Positions 8,636 through 16,396 are shown, numbered from the stretch's first letter. The stretch: 20,154 bases of DNA from Candidatus Fraserbacteria bacterium (GCA_037442925.1 JBBIPG010000041.1:1-20154), one strand, 5' to 3'. The notes: generated by a model not told the origin, from the sequence alone. Numbers and translations: made by a program.

Positions 8636-9910
8636 CTAGCTGTACTGACGTGCCGTCTTCGCCCATTGTGGCCTTCGCTGAAAGAGGATGTTCGTCCAGG
8701 CCAGCAGCAGCAAGGGAACCCAGTGATATGTGTACAGGGTCACCAGTATGATGGCCAGAGGCATTTGATACCAGGGTGTCTTGATCTCCCGAAGTCCCAG
8801 AAAGATCAAAGGAAAGAAACTGAAGGAATTGGCAATCAGCAGGGGGAGTGGAAAGCTATTTTGTACACCGAGTACTCCCCACTGGGCTAGGGCAAAGAGA
8901 CCGAAGGTGAATAAGACAGCGACGGGGACGATCCAGAAACTCAAATAATAGTGAAGATCGAACTTCCTCAGCCAGGGGATGTTCGCTCGCAGCAGACGTC
9001 TGCTCATGATGTAGTTCATAAAAACCTGTAAAGTCCCCCAGGCCCAGCGGTGGCGCTGGCGCAAGAGGGCTCTTAAGGATTCCACACCCTCTTGTTCGAC
9101 CTGGCGATCGAGAAAGCGAATCACTCCGCCCGTCTCATGGATGCGTATGCTCAGTTCCAGATCCTCCGTAAGACTCCCCGGAGTCCAGATGTGCCCATAC
9201 TCCCTTGCCAGAGCCATCAAGGTGCTGGCGCGCACGAATTGTCCGTTGCCTCCCAGAGCAACGGCACCGGTTGTCCCATCCCGAACCCATTGCGCGATGT
9301 AACAGAAAGTTGCAAACTCGATGTCTTGCATGCGCGCTAGCCAATGGTGTCGATTGGCGATACGGACTCCACACTGCACTGCAGCAACCTTGGAATCCAA
9401 GAACAACTCTGCCACACGCTGGACCAGGTCGATCTCTACAGGGCGGCCATCCGCATCGAAGACGCCGATGACCCAGCGCTTAGAGTTCCGCTCGGGAAAA
9501 CGATCCAAGAGATGGTAGATGCCGCTGTTGAGCGCCTCCGCCTTGCCCAGCCGAGCGTGAGGGAGTTCGCGTGCCAGTAGATAGATGCGTTCATCGGCCT
9601 GACAGAGTTCAGATGCGATCTGGCGGGTGTCATCTTGGCTGGCATCGTCGATGATCAGGATCTCCAGACGACCTACATAGGGTTGCCTGAGGAGCGCTTG
9701 CACGGTGTTCTGGAGCACCTGGCCTTCATTGAGCGCCGGGATCATGATGGTGATGACGGGAAGGTTTTCATTCGGGGAGTCATGGCCACCATTACTGCCA
9801 GATGCCAAGTTGCTGGAACGGCGTAAAAGCAGCGTGGAGATCGTGAGGAACAAGTTATAAACCAAGCAGTAGATGATGAAGAACCAAGTGAAGATATCCG
9901 TAGTGACCAC
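8636..9910 (-). CDS. Processive GT2 glycosyltransferase (PgaC/IcaA/cellulose-synthase-like polysaccharide synthase)
   Basis: IPALNE, DDASQD, GKAEALN, VFDADG, GGNG, TEDLE and QRHRW (D,D,D,QxxRW). One N-terminal and about three C-terminal TM helices. SD GGAGGAGG precedes GTG. Confidence 0.92.
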   Translation of the reverse strand: MVTTDIFTWFFIIYCLVYNLFLTISTLLLRRSSNLASGSNGGHDSPNENLPVITIMIPALNEGQVLQNTVQALLRQPYVGRLEILIIDDASQDDTRQIASELCQADERIYLLARELPHARLGKAEALNSGIYHLLDRFPERNSKRWVIGVFDADGRPVEIDLVQRVAELFLDSKVAAVQCGVRIANRHHWLARMQDIEFATFCYIAQWVRDGTTGAVALGGNGQFVRASTLMALAREYGHIWTPGSLTEDLELSIRIHETGGVIRFLDRQVEQEGVESLRALLRQRHRWAWGTLQVFMNYIMSRRLLRANIPWLRKFDLHYYLSFWIVPVAVLFTFGLFALAQWGVLGVQNSFPLPLLIANSFSFFPLIFLGLREIKTPWYQMPLAIILVTLYTYHWVPLLLLAWTNILFQRRPQWAKTARQYS

Positions 9911-9966
9911 CGAGTGCCCTCCTCCCTCTTAGGGCCGGTGAGGCACACCTGCCCTGTACCTGCCTA

Positions 9967-11850
9967 TTACTGTTGTTTGATGAACGTCTTGGGGGCAAGC
10001 CCCAAACGACTCAAGTACGCAGAAAGATTCATGAAACTCCACCCTTGCCCCTTCAAGCCCTCGATGAGTTGACCGAGTCGATCCACTCCCAAAACGGGAT
10101 GATAGAAAAAAGAGGCCAAGGCACCGTACTTCAATCCCGCCAGTAGGCGCGCTCTTGCTAGTATACGCTGGATATCCTCATCAGCGGATTCGGCCTGCAC
10201 GAAGCCCAAATCGGTGGGAACATATAGGTTGTTCTTTAATTCGACCACGAAGGGCACGATTTCTAAATCCAACCCCCAGCGTGTGGGGTCCTCATAGATG
10301 ACAGCGAAAAATTGCTCAAAGACCTGATATGCCTCGTCGCCCGCGGCATAGTGAGGGGTCTCCCAAGCCACGACCGATTGAGCTAATCCTGCCAGTGAGA
10401 TCTCGGTCAACGCCTCCAGCACACGGCGCCTGGCGTACTCCGCATCGCCGATGGGCATACCCCTCTGTGGGTCCCAAAACTCGAAATCGACCGCGGTTTC
10501 CCCTCGATTCTGATGCGTCAAACCGTGAACGACGACCTCACCACCCTTGAGCAACGCCTGCTTGACCATGAGGCGGAAGTCTGAGTCCGTGCTGAGCCTC
10601 GCCCGCACCCCGCCAGCGTCCGCGAAGACTGGGATGACTGCCAAGCTGAAGGGAACCTGGGCGTCTCCCAAATAGCCCACCACGGACAGGAGATCACTGC
10701 GCTGGGTCTTCGCATGGATGTCCTCGAGGCGTATGAGCGCGATCTGACCCCGATCGATACCGTAGACCTCATTCAAAACGTCCAGGAAGACCAGATGAGC
10801 ACCGAAGGGCGAGAGGAATGCCGTGGGGTGGAAGCCAACAAAGTAGAAGTACTCACCATCGTCCGGATGGTCCGCATGCTTAGCGCTGACAACAAGGGGC
10901 ACCGGCTGGCCGTCTTCCGTGATGACAGCGCGTGCACGAGCCAATTGAGGATTGCTGATCTTGGCCAGCATGAGTGCATTGTTTTGCAGGGTATACGCCG
11001 TGTCTGAATAGAGGTATATAAGCTCCCGAAGTTGCGAAGGAATTGTGCGATCCAGCGCTACACCGACTGCCTGCTCGGCTTCCGTCTGGGCTCGTTCCAA
11101 TTGGTACCCGATCCAGACGACCTTCTTCTTGGTGATCCCCTCTCCGTGGAAGACGTCGTCGATGAAGGACTGGGGAGGGGATTGGTTAGGGTCTAAGCCA
11201 TAATAGAGGATTACATCGTAGCCTTGATACATGTCTGCCCGATATTCCTGAAAGAGCCCTTGCTGGTGGATGACTCGTACCGTCGTCTGGTAGTAGGCCT
11301 CAAGCCAGGTGGCGAGCTTGACGACAAAGGGTTCCGTGAACTCTTGGCGTGGTGAGGTCACGAGGAGTGTCTTGGTGCGCGGGTTCTGACCCCACAGGCT
11401 GCGCACAACAAAACCGGTTGTGCCCTCACACAAGATCGTGCCGTCTGGCCCTTGGAGTTGCGCATACACACGATATGACCCTGTGACGCCGAAGATGTCC
11501 TGAGAGATGTCGAGCGTGTAGATCACGCCTTGCCACTGGAAGCTGCCTTCTAGGTTGATGGTGGGCTGGCTTTGCACACTCAGGTTGGTCCCATCTTGCT
11601 GGTCGATCTGGACGATGAGTTTCGCATTCTGGATGGCGACGGTCTCCGCGACTTGTAGGAACATCTGGATCTTCACCGGGGGGCCGGGTGCCACATACTC
11701 TTGGCTGTCGGTAAACACATCCAGCGCACAGAGGGGAGCCCCTCCTTGCAGGTCGAGTGGCCCCATCCACATCAGCGCGAACAGCAAGACGGAAAGAATA
11801 GCCTTGCGATCGCTAGATGTCAGAATCACCTTTATATGTAGACACTGCAC
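9967..11850 (-). CDS. DUF2334-family secreted polysaccharide deacetylase with N-terminal Ig-like and central alpha/beta domains
   Basis: IRLEDIH, SLAVIP, VVHGLTH, DFEFWD, WETPHY and SFFYHP. N-terminal hydrophobic signal segment. Confidence 0.82.
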   Translation of the reverse strand: MQCLHIKVILTSSDRKAILSVLLFALMWMGPLDLQGGAPLCALDVFTDSQEYVAPGPPVKIQMFLQVAETVAIQNAKLIVQIDQQDGTNLSVQSQPTINLEGSFQWQGVIYTLDISQDIFGVTGSYRVYAQLQGPDGTILCEGTTGFVVRSLWGQNPRTKTLLVTSPRQEFTEPFVVKLATWLEAYYQTTVRVIHQQGLFQEYRADMYQGYDVILYYGLDPNQSPPQSFIDDVFHGEGITKKKVVWIGYQLERAQTEAEQAVGVALDRTIPSQLRELIYLYSDTAYTLQNNALMLAKISNPQLARARAVITEDGQPVPLVVSAKHADHPDDGEYFYFVGFHPTAFLSPFGAHLVFLDVLNEVYGIDRGQIALIRLEDIHAKTQRSDLLSVVGYLGDAQVPFSLAVIPVFADAGGVRARLSTDSDFRLMVKQALLKGGEVVVHGLTHQNRGETAVDFEFWDPQRGMPIGDAEYARRRVLEALTEISLAGLAQSVVAWETPHYAAGDEAYQVFEQFFAVIYEDPTRWGLDLEIVPFVVELKNNLYVPTDLGFVQAESADEDIQRILARARLLAGLKYGALASFFYHPVLGVDRLGQLIEGLKGQGWSFMNLSAYLSRLGLAPKTFIKQQ

Positions 11851-11870
11851 GCACCCGCCACCCTCTATTC

Positions 11871-11956
11871 GGGTGCACCGGCAGCCCGGCTACCTTGGTG
11901 AAAGGTCCGTAGCTTTGCGTCCCACCCTTGCGAGTGGTTTGCCCTTATCAGCGCCC
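11871..11956 (-). ncRNA. c-di-GMP-I (GEMM-I) riboswitch aptamer
   Basis: Minus strand reads GGGCGCUGAUAA-GGGCAAA-CCACUC-GCAA-GGGUGG-GACGCAAAGCUACGGACCUUUCACCAAGGUAGCCGGGCUGCCGGUGCACCC. This gives the GGCAAA, P2 with GNRA loop, GACGCAAAGC and P3 ...AGCCGGGCUGCC elements of the GEMM-I consensus. It lies between a promoter and the first gene of the run. Confidence 0.93.
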
Positions 11957-11964
11957 TCCAGTTT

Positions 11965-11983
11965 TTTGACTACAGTAGTCAAA
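11965..11983. promoter_or_regulatory. Perfect palindrome overlapping the predicted +1 (candidate repressor operator)
   Basis: TTTGACTAC-A-GTAGTCAAA: 9-bp arms, 1-nt centre, 4 nt downstream of the -10 box. Confidence 0.6.
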
Positions 11984-11987
11984 TGCA

Positions 11988-12016
11988 ATTTTAGCCTAGG
12001 AAGAGGTCTCTGTCAA
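11988..12016 (-). promoter_or_regulatory. sigma70-type promoter for the riboswitch/DUF2334-GT2 transcript
   Basis: Minus strand TTGACA (12016-12011), 17-nt spacer, TAAAAT (11993-11988). Confidence 0.8.
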
Positions 12017-12044
12017 CTCCAGCAGTGCAGGGCTAAATGATCAC

Positions 12045-12092
12045 CCAGCTAGCTAGACAATCAATTAGCTGATTGGACAATTATCTAGCTAA
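12045..12092. repeat. Phased YYRR tetramer array upstream of parA (candidate centromere/operator)
   Basis: CCAG CTAG CTAG ACAA TCAA TTAG CTGA TTGG ACAA TTAT CTAG CTAA. There is also a 20-bp period: AGCT at 12047/12067/12087 and GACAAT at 12056/12076. Confidence 0.65.
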
Positions 12093-12143
12093 CAGGGGAC
12101 CGTTGTCCTTCCTTGACCCGTCGTCCGTGTGTAAGAGTGTCTC

Positions 12144-12917
12144 ATGCGCGTGATTGCCATTGCCAATCAAAAAGGCGGAACAGGCAAGACGACCACGGCC
12201 GTCAACCTGGCCGCCGGTCTGGCCTTGCTCAAACGAAAAGTGCTCCTCATCGATGCCGATCCCCAGGCACATAGCTCCAAACACTTCGGGATTGAAAACC
12301 CAGAGGTGACGATCGAGCACGTGATGTCCGGGAAAGTTCCTGCTCCCAAGGCCACATACGAAACGGACATCGAGAGGCTCTTCCTCATTCCTAGTTCTCT
12401 GGAACTGAGCCACTACGAGGCACGGCTCGTCACGGAGGTGGGACGCGAGACCCTGCTGAGAAACGCACTTGACCCCCTGAAGGGCCACGTGGAGTTCATC
12501 TTGATCGACTGTCCGCCGAGCTTGGATGTGATGACCATCAATGCGCTTTCTGCGGCCAAGGAGGTCTTCATCGTCTCCCAGAGCGAGTATCTATCGCTCG
12601 ATGGGGTAAGGCAGCTGAGCGATACCATAGAGATCGTCAAGAGGAGAATCAATCCGGCGCTCCAGATCGGGGGCATCATTCTTACCATGCATAACGACCG
12701 GATTATTCTCAGCCAAGAAGTGTCTCAGTTGCTCGAAACGTCTTTCCCTGGGAAAGTGTTCCAGACGAAGATCCATCGCAATGTTCGGTTGGCAGAAGCC
12801 CCCAGCCGAAGGCAGCCCATACAACGATATGCCCCCAATTCCCGTGGCGCACGGGATTATAATGCGCTAGCCAAGGAGGTCTTAAGCCGATGGCGACGAA
12901 ACGGAAGAGCATCGTAG
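12144..12917 (+). CDS. parA: ParA/Soj-family Walker-A ATPase
   Basis: NQKGGTGKTTT (deviant Walker A), IDADPQ, LIDCPP, IHRNVRLAEAPS. No N-terminal HTH. Confidence 0.95.
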   Translation: MRVIAIANQKGGTGKTTTAVNLAAGLALLKRKVLLIDADPQAHSSKHFGIENPEVTIEHVMSGKVPAPKATYETDIERLFLIPSSLELSHYEARLVTEVGRETLLRNALDPLKGHVEFILIDCPPSLDVMTINALSAAKEVFIVSQSEYLSLDGVRQLSDTIEIVKRRINPALQIGGIILTMHNDRIILSQEVSQLLETSFPGKVFQTKIHRNVRLAEAPSRRQPIQRYAPNSRGARDYNALAKEVLSRWRRNGRAS

Positions 12918-13162
12918 AAGAGAACCCTCTGGAGAGGCCGATGCAGCGCACGCAAGAATTGCCAGGGGATCAAGTGGTGATCCATAGTTCGAGCGCTGTA
13001 GAAGCTAGAAAAAGAAAACTCTTTGCATATAAGCTTCCGATGTCCTTGGGGATCAAGTTCAAGCTCTACTGCCACGCAAGAGGCAAGACGGCGGAAGAGA
13101 CGCTTCAAGAGTTGCTCACAGAATTCCTGAAAGACAAGACAATCGATCCCTTTGCGGGTTAG
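12890..13162 (+). CDS. Small ParA partner, probable ribbon-helix-helix (ParG-like) DNA-binding protein
   Basis: SD AAGGAGG (12873-12879). Overlaps the parA 3' end. Basic, disordered-looking N-terminal tail (MATKRKS), then strand KLFAYKL-P, helix MSLGIKFKLYCHARG and helix TAEETLQELLTEFL. Confidence 0.72.
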   Translation: MATKRKSIVEENPLERPMQRTQELPGDQVVIHSSSAVEARKRKLFAYKLPMSLGIKFKLYCHARGKTAEETLQELLTEFLKDKTIDPFAG

Positions 13163-13170
13163 ACAGGACG

Positions 13171-13213
13171 GCCCCTTTCATGTAGCAATACTTACCAAGA
13201 GGGGCATTCTTTT
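13171..13213 (+). terminator. Putative intrinsic terminator after parA-RHH
   Basis: GCCCCTTT...GTA-GCAA-TAC...AGAGGGGC interrupted hairpin followed by ATTCTTTT. Confidence 0.5.
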
Positions 13214-13227
13214 GGCACAAGAGTGCT

Positions 13228-13256
13228 TGGACGACTCCTCTCCTTCGCGGTATAGT
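13228..13256 (+). promoter_or_regulatory. sigma70-type promoter for the methyltransferase-endonuclease pair
   Basis: TGGACG, 17-nt spacer, TATAGT (13251-13256). Confidence 0.55.
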
Positions 13257-13311
13257 TGAACTAGCTGAGCTTTTTGCCACTCACTATTTTTGTGTTGTAG
13301 TCTACACGCCC

Positions 13312-14676
13312 ATGGCGGCAGTCAAAGTGGGGGATACGGTGATTATGGCAAAGGCTGTCTACGGAACCATCCGGGAGAAGAACAAGCTTCGCGTGGCGGA
13401 CCGTCCTGTCCACGACTGGTATCGGTTCGTGCAGTCTTTCCCACCCCATCTTGTACGTGGCTATCTCGAACGGTTCGGCATCACGCGAGGTCATTGCGTC
13501 TTAGATCCATTCTGCGGCAGCGGTACTACGTTGGTTGAGTGCAAGAAGCTCGGCATTGCGAGCATTGGGATTGAAGCCAACCCCATGGCTCACTTTGCCA
13601 GCCACGTGAAGGTGGATTGGAGTGTCGATCCTGATGGTCTACTTGATCATGCTTCAGAGATTGCCAAGCGTGCTTCACAAAGGCTCTCCATGGATGGCAT
13701 CGAGGATGGGGAAGCCCTACCGTTGTTTTACAACCATCAAAAGAAAACCGCTACTCTTCGGACGCTGCCACCTGAAACTCAAAAGCTCATTCTAAAGAAC
13801 TCAATCAGCCCCTTGCCCCTGCATAAGGTGCTCGTAGTACTAGAGACTTTGGAGGAGCACAGCGATAGTCGGTTCGATCCCCATGAGCGGCTGGCCCTGG
13901 CAAAAACGATCGTTTTTAGCGCTAGCAATTTGAACTTTGGGCCGGAAGTCGGTGTTGGCTCAGCTAAGTCGGACGCCCCGGTGATCGCAACGTGGTTGAA
14001 GAACATTCAGGCAATGGTAGCTGATCTACGTGAGCTACACTCGAAAAACAACACCAAAGCCGTCATCCACCAAGCCGACTCGCGCTATCTCACCAATGTC
14101 CTAGAGCCGTACTCAGTGGATGCGGTGATCACATCACCGCCGTACCCCAATGAAAAGGACTACACCAGGACAACTCGCCTTGAATCGGTTTTGCTCGGGT
14201 TTATCCGCAACAAGCAAGATCTACGATCGCTCAAGCAAGCTTTGGTGCGATCCAACACTCGCGGCGTCTATAAGAACGACTCAGATGACGTCCTCGTTGC
14301 TAGCCATAGGGAGATTCAACATATCGCGGACACCATCGAAAAACGACGGGTCGAGCTGGGCAAGACCTCCGGATTCGAACGACTCTACGCCAGAGTAACA
14401 AAGCTTTATTTCGGAGGCATGGCAAGGCATCTCTCGGAGCTTCGCACCATACTTCGCCCCGGTGCCCAGCTCGCCTACGTTGTGGGGGACCAAGCATCAT
14501 ACTTGCGTGTAATGATCCGCACCGGACACCTGCTGGCCGACATCGCCCGATCTTTGGGCTACGAAGTCTCCGGAGTCGACCTATTCCGCACGCGACTGGC
14601 AACAGCGACGAAAGAGCAGCTTCGAGAGGAGGTTGTTCTCCTCCGCTGGCCGGGAAGCGCACCGGGTCACGCCTGA
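13312..14676 (+). CDS. Site-specific DNA methyltransferase, probably N4-cytosine, alpha-type motif order
   Basis: Motif I LDPFCGSGTT precedes motif IV ITSPPY. Also HDWYRF..SFPP and YVVGD. Start may be ATG 13345. Confidence 0.9.
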   Translation: MAAVKVGDTVIMAKAVYGTIREKNKLRVADRPVHDWYRFVQSFPPHLVRGYLERFGITRGHCVLDPFCGSGTTLVECKKLGIASIGIEANPMAHFASHVKVDWSVDPDGLLDHASEIAKRASQRLSMDGIEDGEALPLFYNHQKKTATLRTLPPETQKLILKNSISPLPLHKVLVVLETLEEHSDSRFDPHERLALAKTIVFSASNLNFGPEVGVGSAKSDAPVIATWLKNIQAMVADLRELHSKNNTKAVIHQADSRYLTNVLEPYSVDAVITSPPYPNEKDYTRTTRLESVLLGFIRNKQDLRSLKQALVRSNTRGVYKNDSDDVLVASHREIQHIADTIEKRRVELGKTSGFERLYARVTKLYFGGMARHLSELRTILRPGAQLAYVVGDQASYLRVMIRTGHLLADIARSLGYEVSGVDLFRTRLATATKEQLREEVVLLRWPGSAPGHA

Positions 14677-14680
14677 GATC

Positions 14681-15478
14681 ATGAAAAGGAAGAGCATATA
14701 CTCGACAATTATTGAAAAAATCTTCCGCTCGAAATTTAAGCCTGGAATGCAGGAGTTTGAGTTCGCGCGCGCAGATATTGAGAAATTCAGCAAACAGCTC
14801 AGAATCGATTTACCGAAGAATCTCGGCGATCTGGTTTACAGCTTTCGTTATCGCAAATCTCTTCCCGACAGCATTCAAGCAACAGCTGGCGAAGGTAAAG
14901 CGTGGATCATTCGTGGAGCCGGTCGTTCTAGATACCGCTTTGTTTTGGTCCCCAACAGACCCCTTGTTCCAAATGAAGACTTAGCGACTACGAAAGTGCC
15001 AGATGCAACGCCTGGTATCGTTGCCAAGTATGCCTTCAACGATGAGCAGGCGCTGCTTGCTAAGGTGCGGTACAACCGCCTTGTGGACATCTTCACTGGC
15101 GTCACCTGCTACTCCCTTCAGAATCACCTCCGCACTACTGTACCCAACATTGGGCAAGTCGAGACGGATGAAATTTATGTTGGTGTTGATAAGAAGGGTG
15201 TCCACTACGTATTCCCAGTTCAAGCGAAAGGCGGCACTGACAAATTGAGCGCTGTGCAGATCGAACAAGATTTCGCCGTCTGTGCTCACAAGTTTCCGGC
15301 GTTGATTTGCCGCCCTATTGGCGCTCAGTTTATACAACATGATTTGATCGCGCTGTTTGAGTTTGAGGAAACTGAAGACGGTGTCAAGATTGCTTCGGAA
15401 AAACACTACGAATTCGTATCACCCGAAGAAGTGACTGAAGCCGACTTAGCCCTCTACCGTAAGCGTACATCTCCGTGA
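14681..15478 (+). CDS. Putative type II restriction endonuclease (PD-(D/E)xK superfamily)
   Basis: ATG lies 4 nt after the MTase stop. Catalytic-like DEQALL...QVETDEIYVG...PVQAK...VQIEQD. Confidence 0.72.
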   Translation: MKRKSIYSTIIEKIFRSKFKPGMQEFEFARADIEKFSKQLRIDLPKNLGDLVYSFRYRKSLPDSIQATAGEGKAWIIRGAGRSRYRFVLVPNRPLVPNEDLATTKVPDATPGIVAKYAFNDEQALLAKVRYNRLVDIFTGVTCYSLQNHLRTTVPNIGQVETDEIYVGVDKKGVHYVFPVQAKGGTDKLSAVQIEQDFAVCAHKFPALICRPIGAQFIQHDLIALFEFEETEDGVKIASEKHYEFVSPEEVTEADLALYRKRTSP

Positions 15479-15512
15479 GAATCTGGAGCTAAGCACCCAA
15501 TCAGAGCGCTGC

Positions 15513-15536
15513 ATAGCTAGTTAACCAGCTAACTAA
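15513..15536. repeat. Second YYRR tetramer array
   Basis: ATAG CTAG TTAA CCAG CTAA CTAA, with in-register CTAA (15489), CCAA (15497) and TCAG (15501) upstream. Confidence 0.55.
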
Positions 15537-15545
15537 TCTCACATC

Positions 15546-15575
15546 TTGACTCCTTGTGGGCCTCTAGCCTAGGAT
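15546..15575 (+). promoter_or_regulatory. sigma70-type promoter for the membrane protein / Zn-hydrolase pair
   Basis: TTGACT (15546-15551), 18-nt spacer, TAGGAT (15570-15575). Confidence 0.5.
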
Positions 15576-15610
15576 CTTTTCATTAGACCTTCACACGGGG
15601 GTGCGGGAAC

Positions 15611-16387
15611 ATGCAGTCAAAGTGGACGGGGTGGCATACGGCTGGTCTGCTGTTCATCCTTGTGGCCATAGTGTTACTCGGGCTTCTTACTCCTTCACAG
15701 AGCCGGCTTTGGACGTGGGTGGGTACATTGATCCTGCTTGCCTCTTTCGCTGTTGTCGCCGGTCACGGGGTCAACGGCCTATGGCACGGCCTGCTCATCG
15801 ACGAACGCAACAGGATCAGCCTCTCCCGATTGCAGATGACCCTCTGGACGATCGTTGTTCTCTCCGGATTCTTGGCGGCAGCGTTTTCGAACCTCGCCGC
15901 TGGTCAAATCAGTCCTCTCTCAATCGGCATCCCGAGTGAACTATGGCTCCTCATGGGAATCAGCACCACATCCCTTGTGGGTTCGCCGCTCATCCTACGC
16001 ACCAAAATGGCGAAAGAACCTGACGAATCAGAAAGAAAGCGAACGTTTGCCCTCACGGAGAAGCAAGGTCGAGATGTATCCACGCTGGATAACGTCGGCC
16101 TCATTGTGATCAATAAACACCCGCAAGAGGCAAGCGTCTCGGATCTATTCGCGGGCGAGGAGACAGGCAACGGAGCCCACCTCGATCTGGGTAAGATTCA
16201 GATGCTCTACTTCACACTGATTCTTGTGCTCACGTACGCCGTAACTTTGGGGTCTACGCTGGCCAGCAACATCGTGAGGATCAGCGAACTGCCGGCTCTC
16301 GATCCGGGCATGGTCGCTCTTTTGGGCATCAGTCACGCGGGGTATCTCGTCAACAAAGCCATCCCGCATAGCGAGATCGAACGGTAG
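15611..16387 (+). CDS. Multi-pass membrane protein with an internal duplicated two-helix motif; function unknown
   Basis: About six hydrophobic segments. Repeat 1: SLSRLQMTLWT...IPSELWLLMGIS. Repeat 2: DLGKIQMLYFT...LDPGMVALLGIS. Confidence 0.85.
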   Translation: MQSKWTGWHTAGLLFILVAIVLLGLLTPSQSRLWTWVGTLILLASFAVVAGHGVNGLWHGLLIDERNRISLSRLQMTLWTIVVLSGFLAAAFSNLAAGQISPLSIGIPSELWLLMGISTTSLVGSPLILRTKMAKEPDESERKRTFALTEKQGRDVSTLDNVGLIVINKHPQEASVSDLFAGEETGNGAHLDLGKIQMLYFTLILVLTYAVTLGSTLASNIVRISELPALDPGMVALLGISHAGYLVNKAIPHSEIER

Positions 16388-16396
16388 GCCCCGATC

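Noticed and set aside
6935..9910. Cellulosome or cellulose synthase (bcs) locus
   Set aside because: No dockerin-bearing hydrolases or CBM3, and no PilZ, BcsB or GH8. The GT2 is too short for BcsA.
11871..11956. 3'3'-cGAMP-sensing (GEMM-Ib) variant
   Set aside because: The position-20 equivalent is G, not A.
12045..12092. CRISPR array (also considered for 18518-18561)
   Set aside because: Units are 4-20 bp, degenerate and lack spacers; no cas genes.
14633..14680. Longer endonuclease start
   Set aside because: Overlaps the MTase. ATG 14681, 4 nt after the MTase stop, is more parsimonious.
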